Positions 29,314 to 39,094 of a stretch of DNA of 64,000 bases are shown here, one piece after another; position 1 is the first letter of the stretch; each line of letters begins with the position of its first letter. Both the position numbers and the translations under genes were made by a program. This stretch comes from Janthinobacterium lividum. Lineage in GTDB: Bacteria > Bacteroidota > Bacteroidia > Sphingobacteriales > Sphingobacteriaceae. Under the pieces are notes generated by a model. The model saw only the letters and a list, made by a program, of their open reading frames with translations. It did no database searches and was not told the origin of the DNA. The stretch spans positions 4,858 to 68,857 of the forward strand of contig JBPBPL010000016.1 of NCBI GenBank assembly GCA_050954285.1, given 5' to 3'.

Positions 29314-31905
29314 TCAGGAATTCAGAAACACAAAATTGTGATCAAACTCATCCAATTTAATATGACTGTCTTTATTGATTTTGCCAGCCAGAATTTGTTT
29401 CGATAGTTCGTTGAGCACTCTTTTTTGAACAACCCGTTTTAGCGGACGGGCACCAAATTGCGGATCGTAACCCAATTGTCCCAGCCAATCCAAAGCGGCA
29501 TCAGTTGCTTCAATAGAAATACCCATTTCGGCTAAGGTATCCTGCAATTGTTTAAATTGCAGTTTTACAATGGCACCAATTTCGTTCCGGCTAAGCGGTT
29601 GGAACATGATGATTTCATCAATCCGGTTTAAAAATTCCGGGCGGATGGTTTTACGCAGCAACTCAAACAATTCATTTTTGGTTTTGGCCACAACTTCGTC
29701 ATGGTTTTCGTCATTCAGGTAATTAAAATTTTCCTGAATCACGTTGGAACCAATATTGGAAGTCATGATGATGATCGTGTTTTTAAAATTCACCACACGG
29801 CCTTTGTTATCCGTTAAACGGCCATCATCCAAAACCTGCAACAAAATATTAAACACATCCGGATGCGCTTTTTCAATTTCATCCAGCAAAACCACACTGT
29901 ATGGTTTCCTGCGAACAGCTTCCGTTAATTGTCCGCCTTCATCATAACCAACGTAGCCCGGAGGCGCGCCAATTAATCTGGAAACCGCGTGGCGTTCCTG
30001 GTATTCGCTCATATCAATCCGAACCAAAGCGGCTTCATCATTAAACAGATATTCTGCCAAAGCTTTAGCCAGTTCGGTTTTACCTACGCCAGTTGTTCCC
30101 AAGAAAATAAAAGAGCCAATTGGCTTTCGCGGATCCTGTAAACCAGCACGACTGCGGCGGATGGCATCTGAAATGGCTTCAATCGCTTCTTCCTGACCAG
30201 CAACGCGTTTGTGCAGTTCATCTTCCAGGTTCAGCAATTTTTCACGCTCACTCTGGATCATTTTGGAAACCGGAATACCCGTCCAACGGGCAACCACACC
30301 CGCAATGTCATCCGCCGTAACTTCTTCTTTCAGCATCCGGCCATCGCCCTGCTCGTCTTCAATCTGCTTTTTTAGCTTTTCAACTTCCGCTTCAGTTTCC
30401 TTGATCTTGCCATAACGTAGTTCGGCAACTTTTCCGTAATCACCTGCACGTTCAGCCTGGTCAGCTTCGAGTTTGAAGTTTTCAATCTGCTCAATTTTAG
30501 TGTTGACGTTATCGACCAGATCTTTTTCGCCCTGCCATTTGGCACGGACAGAATCGCGTTCGTTGGAAAGATTGGCAATTTCCTCACTCAGTTCTTTCAC
30601 CCGTTTCTCATCGTTTTCACGCTTGATTGCTTCCCGTTCAATTTCGAGTTGCATGATCCGGCGTTCCAGTTCATCCACCACTTCCGGAACAGAATCCATT
30701 TCCAAACGCAGTTTAGAAGCGGCCTCGTCCATTAAATCGATGGCTTTATCGGGCAGAAAACGATCAGCAATATACCGTTGCGACATTTCTACCGAAGCAA
30801 TAATCGCCTCGTCTTTAATGCGGACTTTATGGTGTGTTTCATATTTTTCTTTGATGCCGCGGAGAATGGAAATTGCATCAGCCGTGTTTGGCTCATCAAC
30901 GGTTACTTTTTGAAAACGGCGTTCCAGTGCTTTGTCTTTCTCAAAATATTTCTGGTATTCGTTCAAAGTTGTGGCTCCGATGGCTCTTAATTCGCCGCGG
31001 GCCAAAGCTGGTTTTAAGATGTTTGCTGCATCCATCGCGCCTTCGCCACCGCCGGCACCAACCAATGTGTGAATCTCATCAATAAACATAATGATCTCAC
31101 CATCAGCATCCGTTACTTCTTTTATCACCGCTTTTAGGCGTTCTTCAAATTCGCCTTTATATTTCGCGCCGGCAATCAGTGCGCCCATATCCAGCGAATA
31201 AACAGTTTTTGATTTCAGGTTTTCCGGCACATCGCCTTTGATAATCCGGAAAGCAATTCCTTCGGCAATAGCCGTTTTACCAACGCCTGGTTCGCCGACT
31301 AAAATTGGGTTGTTTTTAGTACGGCGTGATAAAATCTGGATCACCCGGCGAATTTCTTCATCGCGGCCAATCACCGGATCCAGCTTGCCGGATTCTGCAT
31401 ATTCATTTAAATTCCGGGCATATTTATTCAACGAATTATAAGTTGCTTCTGCATTCTGATCGGTTACTTTACTGTTTCCGCGGAGTTCTAGAATCGCTTT
31501 TTTTAGATCTTTTTCTGTCGCGCCGAAATCTTTAAGTAAACCGGCAGTTTTATCTTTTCCGGATAAAATAGCCAATAACAGGTGTTCTACCGATACAAAT
31601 TCATCTTTAAATTCTTTTATATAACTCAACGCTTTTTGCAAAGTTGAGTTGGCATCAGAGGATAGATAAACGTTGCTGCCGCTTACTTTTGGGTACGAAG
31701 CAATCTGTTCATCCAGCGAAGTATTGAGGCGGTTTATATTAATGTTGAGTTTTTTGAGTAAATAGTTGACAACGTTTTCATCCACCAGCAACATTCCTTT
31801 CAGCAAATGCGCATTTTCAATCGCCTGCTGTTGGTTTCCAGTCGTAATTTCAGAGGCTTTCTGAATCGCTTCCTGGGCTTTTATGGTATAGTTGTTTAAG
31901 TTCAT
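29314..31905 (-). CDS. clpB: ATP-dependent chaperone ClpB
   Basis: Two AAA+ modules (GEPGVGKTA and GTTGVGKTE), a middle coiled-coil, and the full 863-aa architecture. Confidence 0.97.
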   Translation of the reverse strand: MNLNNYTIKAQEAIQKASEITTGNQQQAIENAHLLKGMLLVDENVVNYLLKKLNININRLNTSLDEQIASYPKVSGSNVYLSSDANSTLQKALSYIKEFKDEFVSVEHLLLAILSGKDKTAGLLKDFGATEKDLKKAILELRGNSKVTDQNAEATYNSLNKYARNLNEYAESGKLDPVIGRDEEIRRVIQILSRRTKNNPILVGEPGVGKTAIAEGIAFRIIKGDVPENLKSKTVYSLDMGALIAGAKYKGEFEERLKAVIKEVTDADGEIIMFIDEIHTLVGAGGGEGAMDAANILKPALARGELRAIGATTLNEYQKYFEKDKALERRFQKVTVDEPNTADAISILRGIKEKYETHHKVRIKDEAIIASVEMSQRYIADRFLPDKAIDLMDEAASKLRLEMDSVPEVVDELERRIMQLEIEREAIKRENDEKRVKELSEEIANLSNERDSVRAKWQGEKDLVDNVNTKIEQIENFKLEADQAERAGDYGKVAELRYGKIKETEAEVEKLKKQIEDEQGDGRMLKEEVTADDIAGVVARWTGIPVSKMIQSEREKLLNLEDELHKRVAGQEEAIEAISDAIRRSRAGLQDPRKPIGSFIFLGTTGVGKTELAKALAEYLFNDEAALVRIDMSEYQERHAVSRLIGAPPGYVGYDEGGQLTEAVRRKPYSVVLLDEIEKAHPDVFNILLQVLDDGRLTDNKGRVVNFKNTIIIMTSNIGSNVIQENFNYLNDENHDEVVAKTKNELFELLRKTIRPEFLNRIDEIIMFQPLSRNEIGAIVKLQFKQLQDTLAEMGISIEATDAALDWLGQLGYDPQFGARPLKRVVQKRVLNELSKQILAGKINKDSHIKLDEFDHNFVFLNS

Positions 31906-32019
31906 ATGGATAAGAATAACAAATCCATGACCAATGTTTTTTTATAAAGGAAATTTGAAAATCCGTCAGGTATTTTTATTTTCAGATGACAAAAAGTCAG
32001 TTGTATTGAGTTGAGCTTG

Positions 32020-32033
32020 ATGCTTCTTTTACC
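32020..32033 (+). repeat. family-A motif copy, clpB upstream region
   Basis: ATGCTTCTTTTACCATACAAAAATTGG. Confidence 0.92.
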
Positions 32034-32086
32034 ATACAAAAATTGGTAGAATGTATTGCTGAAAAGAATTTCAAAAGTTAAGGCCG

Positions 32087-32100
32087 ATGCTTCTTTTATC
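32087..32100 (+). repeat. family-A motif copy abutting the RecD-like stop codon
   Basis: ATGCTTCTTTTATCACCTAAAAATTG. The A/T-tract extension encodes the last codons and stop (32103-32105) of the minus-strand helicase gene. Confidence 0.92.
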
Positions 32101-32102
32101 AC

Positions 32103-33536
32103 CTAAAAATTGTCAGGCAGTTTATCCTGATAAAATTTCTCACTAAAATTAATCAGAAATAGTTCCTTCGAAGCGCGTGTACAAGCGGTGTAAAACCAAC
32201 GCAAAAAATCAGTGTTCAGCATTTCCTCCGTCAGATAACCCTGATCTACAAAAACCGCGTCCCACTGGCCGCCCTGCGCTTTGTGGCAGGTTACGGCATA
32301 TGCAAATTTGATCTGCAAAGCATTAAAATACGGGTTGGCTTTCAATTCTTCCATTTTTTTTTGGCGACTGGCAATGTGCTCGTAATCTTTCATTACTTCT
32401 TCATAAAAACGCTGGCTTTCCGCTTGGGATAAACTTGGTGTTTCTGTATATAAAGTGTTCAGCATTACCGTACAATCCAGCGTCAAACCTTCCGCATAAT
32501 CAGTAAATTCCAGCTGCACATCGGCAAACTGAAAGCCGTACATTTCGCGGATGTTGCGTACTCTTTTTATTTGCCCGATATCTCCGTTGGCAATAAAATC
32601 GGTGCTGTTTTCTTCCTGATCCTTCATCCAGAAATAATTATTGCGCACCACCATTACAAAATCGCCGCCGGTTAATTCTTCTTCCCGATACAAAATCCGG
32701 GCGCGCACCTGCTGGTTGTAGGTATTGGCGTTTTTGTTGGAGCGGCAGATGAGCAGCGTGTTTTCCATGCCGTATTTATTGTAAGCATAGTTTAAACCTT
32801 CTTCCAGCTTTTCGCCGGTCATGCGGTAAATATCTTTAAAACCTTTGGTAATGATTTGCGGATATTCGGCTTCATCTTTTCGGATCAGGTTCCGCATCGC
32901 CGTTACATTTTCCAGAATACCCGAATTTTTTTCCTGCCGCATCACTTCAGTCAGTTCGTAACTGAAAATCCGCAGATGAAAAAAATCCTTTAAAATTTTT
33001 GGTTCCAGTGCGATGCTTTGTTCCGAACCAACAGGCGGCAACTGCGCCGTATCGCCAATCAGCAGCAGCTTGCAGTTGCGGGAATTGTAAACGTATTCGA
33101 TCAAATCGTGCAGCAAACTGTTCCCATTTCCGCCGCTTTCCCCGGAAATCATCGAAGCCTCATCCACAATAAACAACGTGTTTTCATGGAGATTATCCGC
33201 TGTGGAAAAATTCATATCCGGCGTTACGGCACTCTTTTTACGGTATATTTTTTTGTGTATGGTAAAGGCTTTCCGGCCCGAATAACTGCTCATTACCTTG
33301 GCCGCGCGGCCGGTTGGAGCCATCAAAAAAGATTGGAAATTATAGTTTCTGAGCAGTTTTACCAGCGCAGCCAGCACGGTGGTTTTTCCGGTTCCGGCAT
33401 AACCTTTCAAAACGAAACAGGTATCTTCATCGGTGCTGATCAAAAACTGGTGCAGCAAACCAAAAAGTTCCATCTGCTGTAAAGTGGGCGTATGCGGAAA
33501 AACTTTGCGGATCAGGTCTTCGTTCATCATCTTCAA
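32103..33536 (-). CDS. RecD-like (SF1) ATP-dependent DNA helicase
   Basis: Walker A GYAGTGKTT, Walker B LFIVDEASM, C-terminal VTCHKAQGGQWD (UvrD_C_2-like). Confidence 0.85.
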   Translation of the reverse strand: MKMMNEDLIRKVFPHTPTLQQMELFGLLHQFLISTDEDTCFVLKGYAGTGKTTVLAALVKLLRNYNFQSFLMAPTGRAAKVMSSYSGRKAFTIHKKIYRKKSAVTPDMNFSTADNLHENTLFIVDEASMISGESGGNGNSLLHDLIEYVYNSRNCKLLLIGDTAQLPPVGSEQSIALEPKILKDFFHLRIFSYELTEVMRQEKNSGILENVTAMRNLIRKDEAEYPQIITKGFKDIYRMTGEKLEEGLNYAYNKYGMENTLLICRSNKNANTYNQQVRARILYREEELTGGDFVMVVRNNYFWMKDQEENSTDFIANGDIGQIKRVRNIREMYGFQFADVQLEFTDYAEGLTLDCTVMLNTLYTETPSLSQAESQRFYEEVMKDYEHIASRQKKMEELKANPYFNALQIKFAYAVTCHKAQGGQWDAVFVDQGYLTEEMLNTDFLRWFYTACTRASKELFLINFSEKFYQDKLPDNF

Positions 33537-33593
33537 AAATCACTATAAAAACGCTTAAAGTCTATTGGCAAAATTTTTTACTTTTGCTTACCA

Positions 33594-34385
33594 ATGCATT
33601 TTGTCCCGATAAACTATTCCGATCCTGGTTTTAACCCTGCTTTTACGGCTGATTTTGAGTTGCTTATCCTGCTAAATCGGGATACTTTCAGTTATGCTGT
33701 CCGTCATCCTGCAACGCAAAAACTGGTTCATGTATCAAGCGGAAACCCATTAAACGAACTTTTTGAACCTTCTGCCCATACAGAAGTGCTTTGTTCATCT
33801 TATCAAAAGATCATAATAGCTGTAGAAACCCAAAGTTTCTGTTTGATTCCGGATGCTGTTTTTACACCTGAAAATCTATTGGATTTTGCTGCTTTTTTAT
33901 CGGTAAAAGAAGCAGATGTAATTTTGACGGATCAGATAGAAAGCGGCCAAAACACAGTTATTTTTACTTTTCCGGAAGAATTAGTGCGTAAATTAGAAAC
34001 AAAGTTCCAGGCAACCAAATTCAAATTTGCACCAAAAAGCTGGATCAAAACAGTAATTGATGCAAACCTTACCGGTCAGAATTTATATTTATTGATAGAA
34101 GATAACCAGTTGCAAGTGTTGTTTCCGGATCAAGAAAATATTCGTTTTTACAACCAGTTTTCCTGTTCAACAACCGATGAACTGGTTTATTACACAGCAT
34201 TAGTGGCTGATCAGTTAAAATTAAAATCGGAAGAAACCAGTCTGGTTATTTGCGGCAGAATAGAAGCAGGAAGTGAGCAACAGTTACGTTTAAAAGAGTT
34301 TTTTAAAGAGGTTACTTTATTTACTACGCCAAACTTTAAACAGCGTAATCAGCACCAAGTGGTTCAATTTTTAAATTTAAACTGA
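33594..34385 (+). CDS. DUF3822-like hypothetical protein
   Basis: 263-aa ORF upstream of and coupled to rsmD (TGATG overlap at 34383-34387). The family assignment is from memory and is tentative. Confidence 0.6.
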   Translation: MHFVPINYSDPGFNPAFTADFELLILLNRDTFSYAVRHPATQKLVHVSSGNPLNELFEPSAHTEVLCSSYQKIIIAVETQSFCLIPDAVFTPENLLDFAAFLSVKEADVILTDQIESGQNTVIFTFPEELVRKLETKFQATKFKFAPKSWIKTVIDANLTGQNLYLLIEDNQLQVLFPDQENIRFYNQFSCSTTDELVYYTALVADQLKLKSEETSLVICGRIEAGSEQQLRLKEFFKEVTLFTTPNFKQRNQHQVVQFLNLN

Positions 34386-34951
34386 TGCGGATTATAGGAG
34401 GACGGTTAAAAGGATTGCGTTTAAATCCGCCAAGCAATTTGCCGGTACGGCCAACAACGGATTTGGCTAAGGAAGCTTTGTTCAATATTTTGAACAATTT
34501 GCTGGATTTTGAAGGTTTAAAAGTATTGGATTTGTTTAGCGGAACCGGTAATATTGCGATGGAATTTGCTTCTCGAAACGCAGAAAAAGTAACCGCCATA
34601 GATCGGGCAGCGCAATGTATTTTCTATTTGAAAGATATGGCTGCCAAACATAAGCTGCCGGAAATTACAACATTTAAAGCCGATGTCTTTAAATTTCTGG
34701 AGCTGGAAACCGATCAATACGATTTGATTTTTGCTGATCCGCCGTACGATCTTGATAAAATCCCGCAAATACCTAATGCTGTTTTTACCCGTAATTTGTT
34801 GGTGCCCGATGGTTTGCTGATAGTGGAACATCCGTCGTACCAGAACCTGAGCAATCAACCTAATTTCAGCGAAAAACGAATTTATGGCAATACGGCTTTT
34901 TCATTTTTCAGGAGTTCGATTTCAGTAGCAAACAACAGTCAGGACAAATAG
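34385..34951 (+). CDS. rsmD: 16S rRNA (guanine966-N2)-methyltransferase RsmD
   Basis: MRIIGG..KG..L......RPTTD, LDLFSGTGN and IFADPPY motifs. Confidence 0.85.
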   Translation: MRIIGGRLKGLRLNPPSNLPVRPTTDLAKEALFNILNNLLDFEGLKVLDLFSGTGNIAMEFASRNAEKVTAIDRAAQCIFYLKDMAAKHKLPEITTFKADVFKFLELETDQYDLIFADPPYDLDKIPQIPNAVFTRNLLVPDGLLIVEHPSYQNLSNQPNFSEKRIYGNTAFSFFRSSISVANNSQDK

Positions 34952-34969
34952 ATTTAATACTTTTAATAC

Positions 34970-35431
34970 ATGAAAACTGCTCTTTTTCCAGGTTCGTTTG
35001 ATCCGGTTACCAAGGCACACGTGGATATTTTAAAACGTTCTATTAGTTTGTTTGATAAGGTTTTTATCGGCATTGGATTAAATAGCACCAAAGCACCATT
35101 TATCAGTTCAGAAAAACGGGTGCAAATGCTGAAAGCGGTTTTTGCAGACGAACCACGGATAGAAGTAGTTGCGTATGAAGGCTTAACTGTAGAATTTTGT
35201 AAGCAGATAGGAGCGGGTTACATGATTCGCGGGATTCGTACTGTTTCTGATTTTGAATATGAAAAAGCCATTGCCCAAATGAACCATGCGCTGGAACCCG
35301 AAATCGAGAGCATTTTTATTGTGAGCAAACCGGGCTATTCCTCCATCAGTTCTACAATTGTGCGTGAAATTTTGAAATATAACGGCGATGTGAGTCAGTT
35401 TATTCCAAAAGAAGCTTTGCCATTTCTTTAA
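34970..35431 (+). CDS. coaD: phosphopantetheine adenylyltransferase
   Basis: ALFPGSFDPVTKAHVDI (H/TxGH-type) and ISSTIVREI motifs. Confidence 0.95.
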   Translation: MKTALFPGSFDPVTKAHVDILKRSISLFDKVFIGIGLNSTKAPFISSEKRVQMLKAVFADEPRIEVVAYEGLTVEFCKQIGAGYMIRGIRTVSDFEYEKAIAQMNHALEPEIESIFIVSKPGYSSISSTIVREILKYNGDVSQFIPKEALPFL

Positions 35432-36066
35432 ACAATTCCCTGTTTATCAGTAAGCAAACCCATGTTTTCTAAAACATCGATGATAGATGGATAGGTATTT
35501 TTTGTTAATACACTAAATTTTTCTTTAGCAAACCAGCAAGCTTTTGTGATACCTTCTTCTTTTTGCGGTTTTAGTTTATCCTGTCCTTCAGCTTTCATGC
35601 GGTACCAATGCGTTTTTTTTAAAGCCAATTCCTGATTGCGCATTGGGTAAACATGATAGGTTTTACAAATTTTGCGACCAACTTTTTTTACGCGGATGCC
35701 GCATTCTTCTTCCACTTCGCGTACGGCTGCCTTCCGGGTTTTTTCGCCTGCTTCGATTTTTCCTTTGGGTAAATCCCAAATGCCATTTCTAAAAATTACC
35801 AAACATTCCTTGCGTTCATTTCGAACCAAACCACCGGCGGCTTCAATAAGCTTAATGCTTTTAGAAAACTTTTTTAAAGTTGATTTTGCGTTTTTGCACA
35901 AAAACACAAATTGCTTGTACGCAGATTTTGCAATGAGATTATAAATCAACTTTAAATCAGTATTTTCCGAACTGATATCCTCGTAGTTCTCGAGTCCTTC
36001 CGGCAAAGCTTCCGCAATAATTAGCTGCTTTTCGTCGAAATAAATATTATAAGTGCTATTTTGCAT
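35428..36066 (-). CDS. NUDIX hydrolase with N-terminal extension
   Basis: Nudix box GKIEAGEKTRKAAVREVEEECGI. Converges on coaD with a 4-nt overlap. Confidence 0.85.
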   Translation of the reverse strand: MQNSTYNIYFDEKQLIIAEALPEGLENYEDISSENTDLKLIYNLIAKSAYKQFVFLCKNAKSTLKKFSKSIKLIEAAGGLVRNERKECLVIFRNGIWDLPKGKIEAGEKTRKAAVREVEEECGIRVKKVGRKICKTYHVYPMRNQELALKKTHWYRMKAEGQDKLKPQKEEGITKACWFAKEKFSVLTKNTYPSIIDVLENMGLLTDKQGIV

Positions 36067-36136
36067 GTGATTACAAATAAGGTTTATCGGCGGATTTTAA
36101 TTCATTTCCTTTAAAAATGGTTGCAAACTTTTAGGG

Positions 36137-36150
36137 CATAAAAGAAGTAT
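36137..36150 (-). repeat. family-A motif copy upstream of the NUDIX gene
   Basis: Reverse complement reads ATACTTCTTTTATGCCCTAAAAGTTTG. Confidence 0.88.
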
Positions 36151-36225
36151 CCATCTTCAAAACCGATTGCTAAATAACGGAATTATCTTTACCGTTAAAA
36201 AAAATACTGAACATCTGTAAAACAA

Positions 36226-36268
36226 AAAAGGTTTGCTTTGCCAGAAAATTCCGACAAAAACAAACCTT
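36226..36268 (-). terminator. possible terminator after the small ORF 36292-36462
   Basis: On the minus strand AAGGTTTG...CAAACCTT forms an interrupted stem, followed by TTTTTGTTTT. Confidence 0.4.
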
Positions 36269-36291
36269 CAATTCGGCAAATAAAATTGATA

Positions 36292-36462
36292 TTACATCAG
36301 CATAGGCAAGGCACTAAATATTGTACTGTAATTTTCTATTGCGATTTCGAGTTCCATTTTCATTTTGAAAGTATCGCGGTGTTCTGCTTCTGCTGAGGCA
36401 AGTAAGCAGTTTTTTTCTTCTATATCTACACTTAATTTTTTTAACAGGTTTTGAATTTCCAT
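36292..36462 (-). CDS. possible small protein (56 aa), below the ORF-track length cutoff
   Basis: ATG 36462-36460 to TAA 36294-36292 encodes MEIQNLLKKLSVDIEEKNCLLASAEAEHRDTFKMKMELEIAIENYSTIFSALPMLM. A hairpin plus T-run follows on the same strand. Confidence 0.3.
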   Translation of the reverse strand: MEIQNLLKKLSVDIEEKNCLLASAEAEHRDTFKMKMELEIAIENYSTIFSALPMLM

Positions 36463-36748
36463 CACAAATGATTATTGATTATGCCTTGTACGGTATGAAT
36501 ATTATTAAGGTTGTGTTTTTTTATTTTTTTTAGAAAACGATGGATGTGCTGTTTTTAATGTAATATTTATATAATACCAGGCAAGAACTTTATCTTTGCC
36601 AAGCTGTAGAACGCAATTTTTAAAGCCAGAAACGGTAATTCATTAAATGATTATGATTATATCTTCCAAGCAGAAACAACTTTTGTCAGTAGAAATTGCT
36701 GATACCCAATTCACGAAATGTTTTTCTTTTCAATCTATCAACTAGTTT

Positions 36749-37390
36749 ATGTTTGATAAATTGGAAGTTGAGCAGCAGGTTGCGGAGTTTTTACTACAGA
36801 TTAAAGCCATTAAACTGGAACCCAACAAGCCTTTTACCTGGGCTTCGGGCTGGAAATCGCCTATTTATTGTGATAACCGTTTAACGCTTTCGCACCCTAC
36901 CATCCGTACCTATATCCGCCAGCAATTAGTAGCCCTGATTCAGGAAGAATTTGGTGCTGTAAGTTGCATCGCCGGTGTAGCAACAGCTGGCATACCACAG
37001 GGCGTTTTGGTGGCGCAGGAGCTGGGAATGCCATTTTTATATGTACGTGCCAAACCAAAAGAGCATGGAACCGGCAACCTGGTGGAAGGTGAACTGCACC
37101 GCGGCCAGCGTATTGTGGTAGTGGAAGACTTAATTTCTACCGGTAAAAGCAGCATACAAGCCGTGGAAGCCTTGCGTGCAGCTGGCGGTGATGTGGCCGG
37201 ATTGGCAGCTATTTTTACTTATGGCTTGGATGAAGCCACACAGAATTTTAAAGATGCGCGCTGCCGGTTTGCCACTTTATCCAACTATGCAGCTTTGATA
37301 AAATATGCAGCTGGCCATCAATATATCAATGAAAACCAGATTGAAGTTTTACAGCAATGGCGGGCTAATCCATCGGTTTGGGGCAAATAA
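36749..37390 (+). CDS. pyrE: orotate phosphoribosyltransferase
   Basis: FTWASGWKSPIYCDNR and the PRPP loop VVVEDLISTGKS. Confidence 0.93.
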   Translation: MFDKLEVEQQVAEFLLQIKAIKLEPNKPFTWASGWKSPIYCDNRLTLSHPTIRTYIRQQLVALIQEEFGAVSCIAGVATAGIPQGVLVAQELGMPFLYVRAKPKEHGTGNLVEGELHRGQRIVVVEDLISTGKSSIQAVEALRAAGGDVAGLAAIFTYGLDEATQNFKDARCRFATLSNYAALIKYAAGHQYINENQIEVLQQWRANPSVWGK

Positions 37391-37409
37391 GCACTGAATA
37401 ATTTTTGTT

Positions 37410-37802
37410 ATGACTGTTATTGAAAGCAACGTTCTTGTTGATGCACCTGTTGCATCGGTTTATAATTTTTTGGCTGATTTGAATAATCACCAGCAACTGA
37501 TGCCGGAAAACATCATTGGCTGGACATCTACTAAAGACCAAGCACGTTTTCAGATCCAAAATATGGCAAAACTGGTTTTGCAGGTTACAAGCCGAAATTC
37601 AGCCGAAATTTTGATCAATGCCATCGAGAATCCGCCTTTTCCATTGGAGTTAAAATGGTCGATAAAAGAAGCATCAGCCCAAACAGCCGTCAACTTTACC
37701 ATCTCTGCCGATATGAATATGATGATGAAAATGCTGGCTAAAACGCCACTGCAAAAACTGGCTGACCATGAAACGGAACGTTTAAAGACGTTAGTTAAAT
37801 AA
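37410..37802 (+). CDS. SRPBCC-superfamily (polyketide cyclase/START-like) protein
   Basis: 130 aa, beginning IESNVLVDAPVASVYNFLADLNNHQQLMP in the typical SRPBCC style. Confidence 0.6.
   Translation: MTVIESNVLVDAPVASVYNFLADLNNHQQLMPENIIGWTSTKDQARFQIQNMAKLVLQVTSRNSAEILINAIENPPFPLELKWSIKEASAQTAVNFTISADMNMMMKMLAKTPLQKLADHETERLKTLVK
37661..37674 (-). repeat. family-A motif copy inside the SRPBCC CDS
   Basis: GATAAAAGAAGCAT, read as S-I-K-E-A-S. Confidence 0.88.
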
Positions 37803-37917
37803 TCGATTTTTTTGCTACTCATTTCCCAAAAAAGGTTGTAAAACCAATGTCAGTTTTGCCTTTTTCGTTTATCATAAACTGCTTTTGTGCGTATATTGAT
37901 TAACACTATCAATCTAT

Positions 37918-38595
37918 ATGAAATTTAATTCAAAAATGTATAATCTTATATTTGCTTCCATATTATTTGCAGCATGCGGACAAGCATCTTCTAATAATTT
38001 AACTACTGCTGACGGTCCAGGAAAAGATGCAGTGCGAAAAATTTCTGTTACTGCACCAAAAGGTAAAGCTGTTGCTGCTTTTGCAGAGGGCTGTTTTTGG
38101 TGTTCCGAAGAAATATTTGAAGATGTAGCCGGTGTAGATTCCGTAATTTCAGGTTATTCGGGTGGCCGTACTCAAAACCCAACTTACGAAAAAGTAAGTA
38201 CCGGCACTACCGGTTATGCAGAATCAGTGCTGGTTTATTATGATCCGAAAAAGATTTCTTATCCCGAATTGCTAAAAGTTTTTTATGCTTCGCATGATGC
38301 TACAACGGTAAACGGACAAGGGCCGGATATGGGCACGCAATATCGTTCTGTAATATTTTATGCTGATCCAACTGAAAAATCATTGGCAGAAACAGCTAAA
38401 ACCAATGCTTTAAAATCAGGTATGTTTCAGCGGGCAATCGTAACCGAAATTTCTCCTTTAAAAGAGTTTTATCGTGCCGAAGAATATCACCAGAATTATG
38501 CAAAACATAACGGGGATAATCCCTACATTCAAAATGTATCGGAACAACGTTTTGAAAAATTTAAGAAAACATACAAAGGCAAACTGAAACAATAA
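37918..38595 (+). CDS. msrA: peptide-methionine (S)-S-oxide reductase MsrA, lipoprotein-type signal
   Basis: GCFWCSE active site and GYSGG motif. N-terminal lipobox-like ILFAAC. Confidence 0.93.
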   Translation: MKFNSKMYNLIFASILFAACGQASSNNLTTADGPGKDAVRKISVTAPKGKAVAAFAEGCFWCSEEIFEDVAGVDSVISGYSGGRTQNPTYEKVSTGTTGYAESVLVYYDPKKISYPELLKVFYASHDATTVNGQGPDMGTQYRSVIFYADPTEKSLAETAKTNALKSGMFQRAIVTEISPLKEFYRAEEYHQNYAKHNGDNPYIQNVSEQRFEKFKKTYKGKLKQ

Positions 38596-38596
38596 C

Positions 38597-38992
38597 ATGA
38601 ATTTCCATACGCGCAAATGGGTTAAACCGGAAGATCTAAACCCGAACGGAACCTTGTTTGGTGGTAGTTTGCTGATGTGGATTGATGAAGAAGCTGCCAT
38701 TTACGCCATTTGCCAGCTGGATAATCCGCATGTGGTAACCAAATTTATGTCGGAAATTAACTTTGTAAGTTCTGCCCGGCAAGGTGATATTATCGAATTA
38801 GGAGTGAGAGCTACCAGTTTCGGCCGAACTTCGATCACGCTCTGTTGCGAAGTGCGGAACAAAGTGACCCGCAAAAGCTTGCTCACAATAGATAAAATTG
38901 TTTTTGTAAATGTAGATCGTGATGGCAACCCGCAACCACACGGAAAAACACACATTACCAGTTCAGACGAGAAGTTTAAGAATATCGAATAA
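38597..38992 (+). CDS. acyl-CoA thioesterase (hotdog fold)
   Basis: NPNGTLFGGSLLMWIDEEAAI... pattern of the YciA/Acot-type hotdog fold. Confidence 0.8.
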   Translation: MNFHTRKWVKPEDLNPNGTLFGGSLLMWIDEEAAIYAICQLDNPHVVTKFMSEINFVSSARQGDIIELGVRATSFGRTSITLCCEVRNKVTRKSLLTIDKIVFVNVDRDGNPQPHGKTHITSSDEKFKNIE

Positions 38993-38999
38993 TCCCATT

Positions 39000-39031
39000 G
39001 ATACTGTTTTTATGCCGATAAAAACAGTATC
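39000..39031. repeat. head-to-head family-B pair forming a 14-bp perfect hairpin with a 4-nt loop
   Basis: GATACTGTTTTTAT-GCCG-ATAAAAACAGTATC, 8 nt after the thioesterase stop. Confidence 0.92.
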
Positions 39032-39094
39032 AAATTTTTCTTTTCCTGAAACATAATTTTGGCTTAGAAGTTAACAAAGCAAACGTAATTTCTA

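Noticed and set aside
29744-31535. Multiple 66-146-aa plus-strand ORFs inside clpB.
   Set aside because: They are antisense shadow frames of a strongly supported 863-aa ClpB gene, with low-complexity, Ser/Arg-rich translations.
31902-32102. 66-aa minus-strand ORF between clpB and the helicase.
   Set aside because: It is composed largely of two motif copies (translated as IKEAS and GKRSIK) in an AT-rich leader. It looks like a chance ORF created by the repeats.
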